Positions 47,401 through 59,700 of a stretch of 64,000 bases of DNA are shown here, one piece after another. Both the position numbers and the translations under genes were made by a program. Numbering within the stretch: position 1 is the stretch's first letter; each line of letters opens with the position of its first letter. This stretch comes from Dimorphilus gyrociliatus (Eukaryota; Animalia; Annelida), in NCBI GenBank assembly GCA_904063045.1, contig CAJFCJ010000002.1:2413891-2477890 (forward strand), given 5' to 3'. The notes below the pieces were generated by a model. That model made no database searches, was not told the origin of the DNA, and worked only from the letters and a program-made list of their open reading frames with translations.

Positions 47401-49702
47401 TTACATAACTAAATACTCGAACGATAAAATGTAACGATTTATTAATATCCTGCCACCAAAAGGAAAATGAAATGTAAAACTGCAATGTCAAAAGGTTACC
47501 GTTTAAAAGTCTTTTGGGATTACTTTTACTGTAAAAAAAGACAACCCCTTTAAAATATATAGATTAGTACCTAGGTGAACAAACGATTAACGACTGAAAA
47601 TGGTTTTTATGATTAATTAAATCTGGAATTCTTTTTATCTTAGTGCTCTTATTATTTTTCAACAATAAAAATGACTGTTTTTTTATACTTAACCCTTCTT
47701 AGCTATATCTATTGTACGTTGAAAAAAGAAAAGGAAAATGGCGTCGAATTGAATTCAGATTTACAGTGTCCGCTCGACCCCTACGGGATATCAATTTCCC
47801 ATTCACTCAATTGTAACAATGGACTGACCTCAGATTAAGATTATTATCGTATATTTTGTCTTATACGACAAAAATGTGCTTGTTTATCTCTTATAATCTC
47901 CTTGTTTACCAGAATTCTTTCCATTGTTCTTTTTAGAGAACAAGAAAGAAAAATGAATTGGTTAAAAAAGGGGAAAAGTAGCAAAATTTCTTTCTAAAGA
48001 AGACAGTGAAAACTGGGTTTAATAATGATAGATGTATAAGGAATAAGTCTCGCTTCGACCGGATGTTATTTTTTCGTATGTTCGTCACGTTCAGCAGCTC
48101 GGCTTCGATCCGGTCTTCGGGCGAGGAGATTAGCGAGCAGATCGACGTCTGCGACTTTTCCCCTTCGCTATTCTGACTCTCTACTCATCCTCATTTTAAT
48201 CTCAAGGGTATGGTTCCACCCATTTAACCCTTACAGTATTTTAGAAAGGCCATCGATCCTCTCAGAGGAATATAAGCTTGAATTATTCAAAGATCTATGT
48301 GTGCGTGATAGAGAAGAGACGGTTAAAAAAAGAAAGCAGAGACGTCAAACGTCCGAATAAATAAGAAGCAAGGATGGAAATTTGTCGAGTTCTTAGCCTG
48401 CAAAAGCTTGCAAAAGACGGAAACGAGAGAGAGTTTGCGTGGTCTGAACGACTTCAGATTTCCTGTTTGGTACGGTACGCAGCTGCTCATTCTCTGCCGG
48501 AACGCAACTCGAAAATAAGTTTGTAAACAAGCCGAGTGGAGGAATAAACATAGCTAAAAGGGCCAACGCGTCTAATCGACGGCGACTATTTCTTAATCAT
48601 AAGATGTTGCTTGTTATAGACTTATGTATAGTTTTAAGTTACTCTATTTTTCAACCGGAAGAGGATTGTCGATCAGCTTCCCTACTCCGGTAGGCCACCT
48701 CCAAAAATATCCGCTCGACTTTTCACCATTCTCTAGTATATGAGATGAAATATTGCCTGTTTTCTATTGCTTTTATTCATTTATAAGATTTTCTTTTTCA
48801 GGTGACTAATTACAGTTGGCTTAATAATGTATTAGTCAGAAGATGTTTTTTATTGGGGTTTATTGAAAACAGAACCAAGCAAACCAAGTAAAAGCAAAAT
48901 ACTCTATGTTTATATATTAATACATGCTTTACAACTTGCTATTATAACGCGTGACTGAGTTGTATTTTAACTCGACCAACAGTAAAACCTAAGTATACTT
49001 GATAAAACTATTTGCTATATAGTGTTTAAATGTCGTATATAACGTTCTTAAGAGGACGAAAGACGCTGATTACGCCTGAGTCGATCGAAGGATCACGCAA
49101 TACAATTCGATCGTTTCTATCGCCTCTGTCAAGAAAGTGAACGTATCACAAGTGAAATTGAGTTTGCCATAGCGGTACAATTCGACACCAAAACTACAGA
49201 GTATCCGTACCATAAACAAAAAAATCACGTGATAGTTTGACGTTCTCACAAAGTACCCGGTTATTTAAATAAATGTTGGAGTGCGTCCCTGCATATAGCC
49301 TAGCTAATTAACATTCACCTTTCATTCCACCCTTGTTGCATAAATATAGATTATTAATAAAGCATTAATTTTTTATGTATTCTCATCTTATAAACCAATG
49401 GGAAAAGGAAAATGAAAGATTATTAGGGCTTATTGGAATGAAAATATTCTCTAGCCCGCTTTTTTAAAATGTCACGGTTGCTAATTATGGTTTCATTTAG
49501 ATGGTCTCCGATAACCTTTTACTGACCCGCTCCTTAGTATACTGATATCAATTACAGCGTATCTATAGATTAACCGTCACCCTATTCGCAAGCATACAGA
49601 GAAAAAAGGCGAAAAGAAAAACAACTCGTACTAACCTGTTTGGCAGACGAGAAAAATTTGAAAAACAGCAAAGGCGGTAATTATTCTTCCCCAATTCAAC
49701 AT
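32399..49702 (-). CDS. Cys-rich secreted/GPI-type protein with two tandem tri-domain repeats (invertebrate APCDD1-like / DUF7042-7044-type family), 13 exons, 562 aa
   Basis: Exons (minus): 49702-49636 (signal peptide MLNWGRIITAFAVFQIFLVCQT), 41523-41376 (CYFPTLWNGDW...GRCVESRGDKYIVF), 40221-40154 (CYKC...RHRNILQY), 38932-38858, 38266-38090 (CPF...C..P.S...C...C), 35652-35543 (LCLAEW...YRC), 35449-35341, 34363-34132 (CAFPNW), 33899-33760, 33437-33288 (CPFMGKY...GC...C), 33202-33111 (LKCVYTW), 33014-32903, 32607-32399 (hydrophobic C-terminus VISLLFILALSISY*). All 12 introns are GT-AG with matching phases; total 1,689 nt. The family name is from memory and needs an HMM check. Confidence 0.85.
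38468..38494. repeat. (TC)n microsatellite
   Basis: TC run inside intron 4 of the 13-exon gene. Confidence 0.9.
39254..39836 (-). other. Unassigned ~194-codon open frame nested in intron 3 of the 13-exon gene
   Basis: Stop-free from just after a TAG at about 39837 to TAA at 39254. No in-frame ATG until the last codons. No recognisable family. Confidence 0.35.
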
Positions 49703-52700
49703 CTTTACTCCGTCCGAGGAAGAAACTAAACTAAACATTCCATACTTGTGTAAATAGGAGGGATAAAGAAAACAATAATAATAAGAGGTGAGAGAAGACG
49801 GGGAATTTTAAGCGACGAGTGGCAGCAGAATTCACAAACTGATGAAATCCAGATATAATTAGATAATAAAAATGTTTAAGAGGTCGGATGGTCTTTCGTT
49901 CTGAGGAAAGCTCCCTATCAACGTCCTCCTTTCTTTTTGTCTCTTCTCTCCTTATCGGAACACGTGTAGTCAATCAGTTCCGGCAGTTTCTCGCCGATAA
50001 CAGCTCCGACTGTTTTCTACCGTTTCGAAATCTGCAATGCGATAGCGTGTGTGGCGCCAATAACGGTGATTGGCCATAATCTTCTATCACGTGATAATCT
50101 AGTAAGTTTTTCATTTTTCTTCTGAAACCTAGGGTTCTTATCTTTTGGCTGGAAGGAGATGATTCCCATTAAGGCTATGGAAAGATACCTTTTTACTAGA
50201 TGAAAAAAAGACATTAATGATATATTTGAAATGGAAAATAAGTAATAGACTGACCTAAAAGTATCGACCCCTTATACTTGGTAGATCAAATAGCGTTGCT
50301 GTGTTGATTTTAAAGATTCGGGGAACCTCAGAGAGGTGGCTGAACCCCGTTTAATTGCCTCCTCTCCTAGTTTGTAGGCCCAAAGGAAAGTAAAGAAAAA
50401 GACTACCGCTTCCCTACCCTAGCAACTTCCTTTCGTTTCTTTCGTCTCGTCTGCTGGTCAACAGTAGTGCGATGGGTTAGTATACGCTGGAGAGATACTT
50501 TGCGACGTCAATTAGTGAAGAGTTGTTCTGAAAATTAGCTGCTCTTATTTCTCTGCGTCCATTCACAATCTTTTAGAAGATTCCCTTCAATATATTGTGG
50601 AGCACGTACTACAAAATCTTCTACCCTTTAGCAGAAGTGCGTTAATTCGACCGTATACGCATAGCATCTGCCTCCCGTATATAAAAACGCTTAATGAAAA
50701 TTTAAAGATAGCGTTTAGACGTTTTGTATCAAATTTGAAAGATGAGCGCTACCGTCCCTTTCCGACAAGTTATTTGAATAATAGTAGTATAACCATATTT
50801 TAATAGCTTTATACAATCTGTTGACTTATAATGAACGTCAATGAATGTCGTTTTCAAGAGGGTTAATTCCGTAATAAATCGCTGTTAATTGACTTACGTA
50901 TAACGAAATACGGTGAACATGACTTATGTAACAGTTCCGAACAGCTTTGAATTTTTAACTAAGACAAGTGTATGAGATTATCACTCGATAATCAAAGAGG
51001 AACTTTCTATTTTGAACTTTTTATAACGAAAGAATGTAAACTTAATATAAATATAGAGTCTACTCGATAGTTAAATTATATATGCTGTATATATGTAAAT
51101 ACTATATATTATTTATATATCTACTGTTCATAATAAAAAATACATTTAATTACGAAAAATTTTAAAATATTTTACCAAGATAAACACACTAAAGTTAGTC
51201 AATTGATTTAGTACTTGCCTATGGAATACTGCAAACATAAAATTTCCTCTCATATCCGCCATCTGTCCAGTCAAGTTAAAAATTACATCTGTGGATTGTA
51301 GCTTTTCTAAATATAATCCCAATGTCTTATTATAATCTTGAAAGGGGTAGAGAGTGTTATATTTTGTCAAAGTAACTCTAACTGATTTTAATTAATGAAA
51401 ATAGGAAGAGATTACGCATAGGATACAGGAGATTGAGAAACAACAAGTTAGAGAAAGAATGAAAAAACAGTAAAGTTAAAAATAATAAGAAATTTCATCG
51501 TCATCTTCCGTTAACTAGTCAAAAAATTCATCTATCCATCCATAACTAGTTAGGTATTGTGGAGAAAGGAGGAAAGACAGATCGAAGTCGGAAACAATCT
51601 GTCAAAATGAACTGTTCGTAATTCCACGCGATTCTGCTATTGAACAAGTAGGATAATTTTCGTTAGAAGAATTATTACTTATATTTTATATAAAAATTTT
51701 TTTGCTATCTCTACTTTTATCTTGGACTATTATTAAAGGTTGGTAGCTTAAGGGAGCAGATTAGTGCTAAAAAATTCTATCAGTCCGAAAGGCCTTCGGC
51801 CTCTTTCAAATTGCTAGAATTGATAGCCAGTCTCCGGTGGATATGTCAGTTACATATATTTGATTCTCGTTTCCTTCCTTTTTAACTTCTCTCAAAATCA
51901 TTAGGCAGTCTAATTTCTATTTGTTTGATGTATTTGAATTTATGATAAATTGTCATTGCTTAACTTGCAATATTTTACAATATATATATATAGATATAAA
52001 GACAAGCGGCGTCTTTAGCAGACTCTTTAATTGGTAATGTTTTAGAGTAGGAGGAAAAAAGACGTCTGTTTTTGGTTAGCATTCCATCTTCTTAATTGGA
52101 TCTAACGACGGTATAAATTGTGAACTGGTCATTTAGGATGAGAGTGCTTAAAGAGGCCCTAGAGGCCTCAAATCGTCGGGTTCCTAACAACAGTTGATTC
52201 TCTAATTTTGCAATTTTATTACTTATACGCTCCAGTTGGATCTATTTAGTACGTCAAGCAAAAACAGACAGATGGCGTGTCACGCAAGCACTCTCATCAT
52301 ACGTCAGCGCCTCATAGCGGAACATCCAGCTTTGACTGATTGAAACCGTTCAAGCGTTTAGTGAGTGATGTAAGAATGTTCTCATTCGAATTTAAAGGTA
52401 CAGCTGCGACAGTGAGATACGTTATTAGCGTCATTTATCGGGACATAAAATCCATTAATTACACGGTATTTCGGTACCGATAACTGTAAAAGAGCATTCG
52501 AATATCGGCTGAAAATTATAGGGATATTAATCTAATCTTTACTGAACATTAAGCTGATAAATTCGACGTCCTTTTTAGATGGTTGGATCGATAAAGTTGT
52601 TCTCTGTCTATGGAAAAGCAAAAAAACAAATTTCTTTATTCCCTACTAAGAAACTTTTAAAACACAAAAAAAACTATTATCTGCAACGAAGCGCTTCCAA

Positions 52701-53368
52701 GGTGACAATGTATGAAATGTATGCTCGAATGATCATTTTTGCTTAGAAAAGCATGTATAATTATATTGTCTTGGCTATTTTTAGGCTAGGTATCACAGTC
52801 GGCTTACCCAAAATCTTCAGACGGTTTAACGTTTCAAAAGCTAAGTCGTGCTAATACTATACCACATTGAGATATACAATGTCGCTTTTGAAGAAGGTAC
52901 CTAATAAGTTATAAAAGAGAAGCTGGAAGAAGAGTGCTGAATATAGATATTTTAGAGAAGAAAGATAAGATAAAAAAATAGCGCCAATCAAGTAAAATAT
53001 ATTGCTATAAATAAAGTTACTGTATATATATACAAAAGTGTATAAGAAATTGACAAATTTACTTTCATCAATCAATACAAATTTGTTGTTTTTTCTTCCC
53101 CTACTAATAGTATATAGGATAAGAAAGTTCCTAAATCTTTCTCCGACTAAGCGCTGGTAATAAACCGCTAGTATCGTCTATTGATATAGAAAACACCTGC
53201 TACTAAATGTAATACACAGCTTGGAAGAGTATACTGTAGTTTTTCTTTTCTTTTTTTATTTTCTATCACGTAGATTGTCATTGATAAAAAAAATATTTTT
53301 ATAAATCATTTCTAAGAAACGCTTTTATTATAATAATAAATGAATGCATAGAATTGAAAAGTCACGTG
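39880..53368. promoter_or_regulatory. Cluster of 10 CACGTG E-boxes in the 5' introns and upstream region of the 13-exon gene
   Basis: CACGTG starts at 39884, 40105, 42059, 42363, 45479, 45508, 49226, 49961, 50088 and 53363. Four are ATCACGTGAT and one is GTCACGTGAC. Confidence 0.6.
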
Positions 53369-56300
53369 CTCTTTTGTTTTACATTCAATTCATTGGATCA
53401 GAATTCAGACAGTTTCTATAAAATATTTCAAAAATGTATTATTACGTCTGTATAATTATCTTTTGATAATCTATTATTACAAGTGGTTAGAGATTTAACA
53501 TTATGAATGAATAACATTGTAATGAAAATAATGAATACTATTTTTATAAAGAGAGTATTACAGCAAATGTTTCGTGGCTAATGCAAAGTCAGCTAAAAAG
53601 GAAAAATGTTAAGAGAAAGAGAGAGAAAGGTTCTCGCTATGCAAGAATGGGAGATTAATTAACGAATTTCAGACAATATGTAATATTAGGGTATAGAATA
53701 AATCACGTATATCAATTTCAAATATCAGCGCCATGCAGCGGGTTTTTTCAAGATAATGTCAGATGGTACCATCTATGATCTATTTCTTTCGTTTTTTTTT
53801 TTTACTAAGAAGGAATTTATCTGCCACTTTAGTGTGTTTCTTTTTGTTTTTATTTTTACATCACTAACAGAGGAGAGAAGAATATGACAATACTTTTCGG
53901 TGATAATCTTCCTAGAAAATGGAGGTTAATTGAAAGTAAAAGCGATGATATTGAAATACTTTTGACAACAGAATTTTTTCACCTTTTTTTCTTTCACTTT
54001 AAATAATCTCTCATTTTTCTTCACCCACCCCCTTCCGTCTCCCTCTCTCTCTCTCTTCTCTATTTAATCATCTAAATACATTATATAATACTCTTCCAGT
54101 CTCTTTTATTACAATTTTCCTGTAAAAAGATTTAAAGAGAATATCAAAGTTTTTTCTTATAAGATAGAAGTTGTAATGTTAGAAAATTCTTGCTATCCAA
54201 TATCAATCAGATCAATCAGTTCTGATTCAACGAGGTCAAACAATTTTAAAGGTGATACGATACATTCATCATTTAACTATTGTATAAAGGTGATAATATA
54301 TTTCCTTATTAAATAATAATGCATTCTCTATTTGATATTAATTAGAAATTAATTAACAAATATATATCTAATACTTGTTGATCATATTATAATATCGGAA
54401 ATGCACATAGTTAAGTTTGAATAAAGTTAGGTGGAGATAAAATAAGAAATATCTTCTTTTGTGGACGATATTTTCGTTTATTAGAAAGATAGAGATGATA
54501 ATAATGATTTTCTTATTGAATATGACGGATCTAATACGTTTTAAGGAGAAAATATTAACGAGCTAGACATGGGAATAAGAGGAAACCGATCTATGCAGCA
54601 ATATACAGATCTTAGACGAGAACGTAATTCTTTTTTGGGAGTTACTCCCTATCTTGTAGAAAATATTAGTTATATTTTTAGATACTATAAATAATCAGGA
54701 AAAGTGTCGCTAAAAGCTTCTATATATATTCAAAATAGGCGTTATTTATGTCTCTTTCTATAAAGAATGTATAACAATGTTTATTTTGAGAAAATTAATT
54801 AAATAATATTTTATATATAATGGATAATATGAAAAAAAGAAAGGAAAAATGGTGATGGAATTATCAAATTAAAGAAAGGGGAGTGAGAGAAATAGAGTAG
54901 ACAGATTCTAAGTTGACTTTTTTTTTTTAAAGAAAAATAAAAAAAAACAAATAAGTTGAGAGATTTCTTTCATTTAAATATCCCATATTTATAGAAAGTT
55001 TAGCTGCAGTGGACAGGAGATCCCTTGATCCCCATTTGCCTAGTAGGCTCAGTCTACTCAACGACTGACTAGATTTCTTTCTCTTTTTATATTTCTTCCT
55101 TTTCTTCTTATTTAAAGCTTACATTGACCAAGATTTGGACGATGGTTTTTCTAAATTCAATTATGTATTTATTTATTGCGGAGAATGAGATTTGCAAGGC
55201 CTGATGTTATTTCCGTGCTATTAACGGTCGTTCGATACTTTCTAATGACGATATTTTTTGTTTATATCTCAATTTTTTGTCTTCTTTAAATGGAAGTCGT
55301 CTTCTATCTCTTTTTAAGTAGTAAAAAGTATTTAGAGAGATTTAAGAGTAAAGGAGATAAATCTATTATACGAAAAAAACCCAGCATATATATATATATA
55401 TATATATATCAGTATATAATCTATATATATAACATTTGTTTCCTAAGAAATCATTATAATATTATTTTAAGCTTGGAAAACTCTTTCCATCATCATGAAA
55501 AACTTTAGCTTGTAGTAGTAAAATTCGCATAACTAGAAACGATTGCTTTTCTCAAGGGCAAGTTGTCCTTGAATTTTAAAATGATAGTAGAGAACGACAG
55601 CAAATCAAGTCTTTAGGGTATGGACAAGCGGAGAGTGGGAAGGAGGGAAGGAGGTATAGAGACTTTTTGGTCATCGATCACCTTCTATCGATTTACCAAG
55701 CTTTCGCTTAAGAGTTACCGGAAAGGAGTACAAAAACTCTTCAAAATTTCTTTCTAACTCTTTATTATTAACTCGAGGGTCTATTCGATAGTCATCTTAA
55801 AATAGAAATGGCCAATTATGATTTCTTACGTTTGAGTTTCTATGTAAAGTCTGTTTTTAAAATACTTTTCCTTTTAGGGAACAACGATATAAAAACCTAA
55901 AATTAAGTTACTAATGGATTTCTAGGATATACTCACCATCCTCTAATTGTATATCAAAAAGATATATTTCAAAGAGAACCATAAATTTCTGGTACAAAAA
56001 AAGAGGCTGATTAAACTTTGTACCTTACTTTTAGAGTCGGTTATTTTTAAAACAACAATGAAAATTACATGAAATGACTGTTTCAATTGATTTTTTAACA
56101 GTGCGAACAAGCATTTAAAAGAGTAAAATATAAATAATCACCAAATTTAAATATTTAGAAAATATTCATTTATAATATGAGAAATACGATTGGAATTCCT
56201 ACTTAGCACATTTTATTCATTAACCTATAGCAAAGTTAATATTTATACGAGTAAAAGGTCAAAAAGTTTATCTAATATACTTTACATTATAAAAAATCTT

Positions 56301-56757
56301 GTTTAAATCATTGCTAAAAGTTAAAAACTGTCGTTTAACATTATAATAGAAAATATAATAACTTTATCGTACTCAACTGGGCAGCATTATAAATTTAGCT
56401 CTTAGACATTCAATATTAATATTCTTTATCATATTTGTTAAAGGTCATAAATTTTCAAAAAATGAAAAAAATATAATAAAAGCAAAAATAGGTCTTCAGC
56501 ATTGTAAAAGAATAAGAATAAGTAAATAATTGCAGTATTATTTAATTACTCTTCTATTATTAAATTAAAAACATGATCTAGTACTAATGCTGTTGCTCTG
56601 AAGAAAAATGTCATTCTGGTATTTAGAAAATCGTTTAAAGATCAATTGACTGAAAAAGAGGTAGAGTTTTTCTTTTACAACACTATATATACTATGTTAT
56701 ACTATTCTTTACGAAACCCTTAAACATTTTCTTAAAAAGATCATTTATAGAATAAAA

Positions 56758-56778
56758 GAGAGAGAGAGAGAGAGAGAG
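56758..56778. repeat. (GA)n microsatellite
   Basis: GA run in the gene-free region. Further (TA)n runs lie near 55387, 56993 and 57114, and a (TC)n run near 62045. Confidence 0.9.
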
Positions 56779-59700
56779 AAAATATGAAGAAAAATATTCA
56801 TATTTTTTCGTACAGTGAGTAGTTGGTATCGCATAACTCATACATCATCATCTTATTTCAGAGAATCAACAGATTTATATTTATAGAGATGTAAATATAA
56901 GTCTTTTTACAGTTCTCTTTCTATTTTCTTTTATAAACAAATATAGAAATAAACTAAATCTACCTTCTTAAAGGAGGCAGCTATACACAGGATATATATA
57001 TATATATATATAATCATTTATATACTGTATATGCATGTATTATACTCTACTTTTAAACTGTATATAATATAAATAGATTACTTACTACCTGTGTATATTT
57101 TAGTATACTTACATATATATATATATATATATAGATATATACAGTAGATACATATATAGCACATACAATCTATAGATGGTAGAAGCTATTTTTTAGAATA
57201 GAGTTGCTACTGTAGTTACAGAAGAAATATAATGAGACACATCAGGTGAATCTTTATATAAAAAATGCCACACAATATTTATAATATAAAAAGAGATGGG
57301 ACCGGAGGAAAACACGTCTACTATCGAAACCTTAAATCTTAACCTTACCAATAATTGATAATAGCAATTTAAAGGACAAAGTGAAGAAAGAGAATAATTT
57401 CTGTCGAAGCGAACTGCTTCTCTGAAAACCTATTCTTAATTTCCAGAGTTAAAATATATCTTTAATTATTTTTTGACGATACTTTTTATAATCACTCTTT
57501 TATCGAATTACAGGTAATTGGAAAGGAAGAAAATTCCATCTATGGAAGAAATGCATTTTATTAGAACAAGTAATTTTATTTAGACCCTAAACTGTTCTTG
57601 ACTTTTTAGCTCTTCCTCTTCCTGTTCTTCTTGACAGACAGCTTTTATTAGTGCAGAAATCTTGGGCCAAAGAAATAGCCTTTCTTCGGTTGTAGAGGAT
57701 AGTTTTTATCCAGTTAACTTAATAAGAGATTTTCTACCCTAAGACAATGGGATTAGATTGATAGTTAGAAATAAATTAAAAGACCCGGATATCTTTCTTT
57801 AAGTTGAAAAAAAAATGAATCTAATTAAACAAGAAAGTCTGGAATCTTTTCAAGAATTTAATTGTCTAGTACAGTTTTTAGAAATAATATTAGTTTGAAA
57901 GTTAGCCTAATTGCAGTGTAGAATAGTATAATAAGGTTCTTGTTAATTAAATTAATTTTAACTCTTTGAAGCTAAAAAGTGAATTAGAATTGTTAATGAA
58001 GTGCAAAATTCTTTATAAAACCTTATTTGTTACATTTGTTTGTCTTGTAAGGAAAGAATTTCGAAAGAAGATAGTGAGGTTACGAGATGCGATAAATTAA
58101 GGTCGACGTAGTAAATAAGAATAAAAATAGTTCAGCTTTCCTCCTAAATTATTTTGAAACGCATAAATCATTACAGTCAGGATCCCATATTATTCTCCAA
58201 CTCCAGTCTATAATTACAAATAGAAAACGATCACAACATAAACACAAAGAGAGGGATAACTAACTAATAAACAAATTGTATTTGATAAAGTTAATAATGG
58301 ATAAGAATATTATTAAACGGAAAGATAATCAATTTTGATTCAATAAAGAATGAAGATTTTGAATATAATAATTGAAAATTATAAGCAATTCCTTTGTAAA
58401 CATTGTTATTATATTTGTTTATTTCTTAAGTATTTCTCCAGTTTCGTAAGTGAAGACTATAAAGGATATATTTTTTCTGAATTATATGAATAATTTCTTT
58501 CGTATTTTATTTGATAAATAATCAATAAGACTGAAAAAAAAGAAACCCAGGGAGTGCATTATTATAGATCGCCTTAAGTTACCGATTGAATATACATACA
58601 ATTAGTTCTATTATACTTAAACGTGCAAGTGCATTCGTTATACGTGCTGGACTATATAGCTACTGGGAGATTATATTTAATAAAAGCGATTGACTTGTAT
58701 TATACTATCCGGTAATTACTTTATAATTAGAGACTATATGGATACGAGATGTTTTGAATTAATAACTTTCAGCAACAGGATAAACAAGCAAACAAGTTTA
58801 TAAACATAGATTTTCTCCTATGATTATAAAGGAAAAATATTACTTATTTTTATCCTTTATCTAGTTTTGGTTAAAATTCTTAATTTTTACACTTTTTTAC
58901 TATACAGTATTCTATGTAAATATTAAAGATCAAAAGCCTTCCATCCCTTCCTTAGAGACAGTTGACAACTCTTGCAACGGATAGACTATCTGCTTTGCTT
59001 TATCATCTAGCTTAAGTTCTACAAAAGTTCAACTATCTATAATAGAAAGGGTTGATGTTACAATCGTTAACAAAAAAAGAAGAATTTGACACTGTTTACT
59101 TTTGCATCGCCTATTTTTTAAAATAGAAATGCATTCGATACGAAATGGTTGCTAAATTGAAAATAACAAGGGTAGGTTGTTTACTAAACATTTTTCACTT
59201 TATACTCCTTTTCTAAATCCTTCATCTGTTAACTTATATTATTCGTGGTAAAGGTCTATAAAGAAAACAAACTAAATAACAGTAAAGAAATTTCTGTAAA
59301 GTTTTCTTCAATTATTTAATTTCTCTCTCTCTCGCTCTCTTTCATGAAGATGATTATAAATACTTACTCCAATTATTTACACACTTTGCTAAGATGTTTT
59401 TGTTTACATTCTACATTTTTTCTATTATTTAAAATGTTGTGTGAAATTTTAGAAGTTATCAAAAGATGGTTGAAGAGGAAAAATTCTTGTCAAAAAAGCT
59501 AACGTTTCTCCCCAGGGAATCGATTAAATCGTATCTTAGGAAATTTTTTTGGGCTGTTTCACACCATTTCCTGTATAGATATTGTACTTCCACAGTCATT
59601 TCCGACAGTTTGCAAGATGAGTTTAATTAGTTAATTCTTTTTTTTGTACATAAGTTAGCTAATTAGCTGGCTCTGGAAAATTTATAGATAAATTGATGAA

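Noticed and set aside
48040-48180. GC-rich patch with short open frames on both strands
   Set aside because: No splice-consistent link to any gene; more likely an enhancer.
49888-50079. Plus ORF with a Kazal-like look (CDSVCGANNG)
   Set aside because: Incomplete Cys pattern and an immediate stop; it lies in the promoter of the 13-exon gene.
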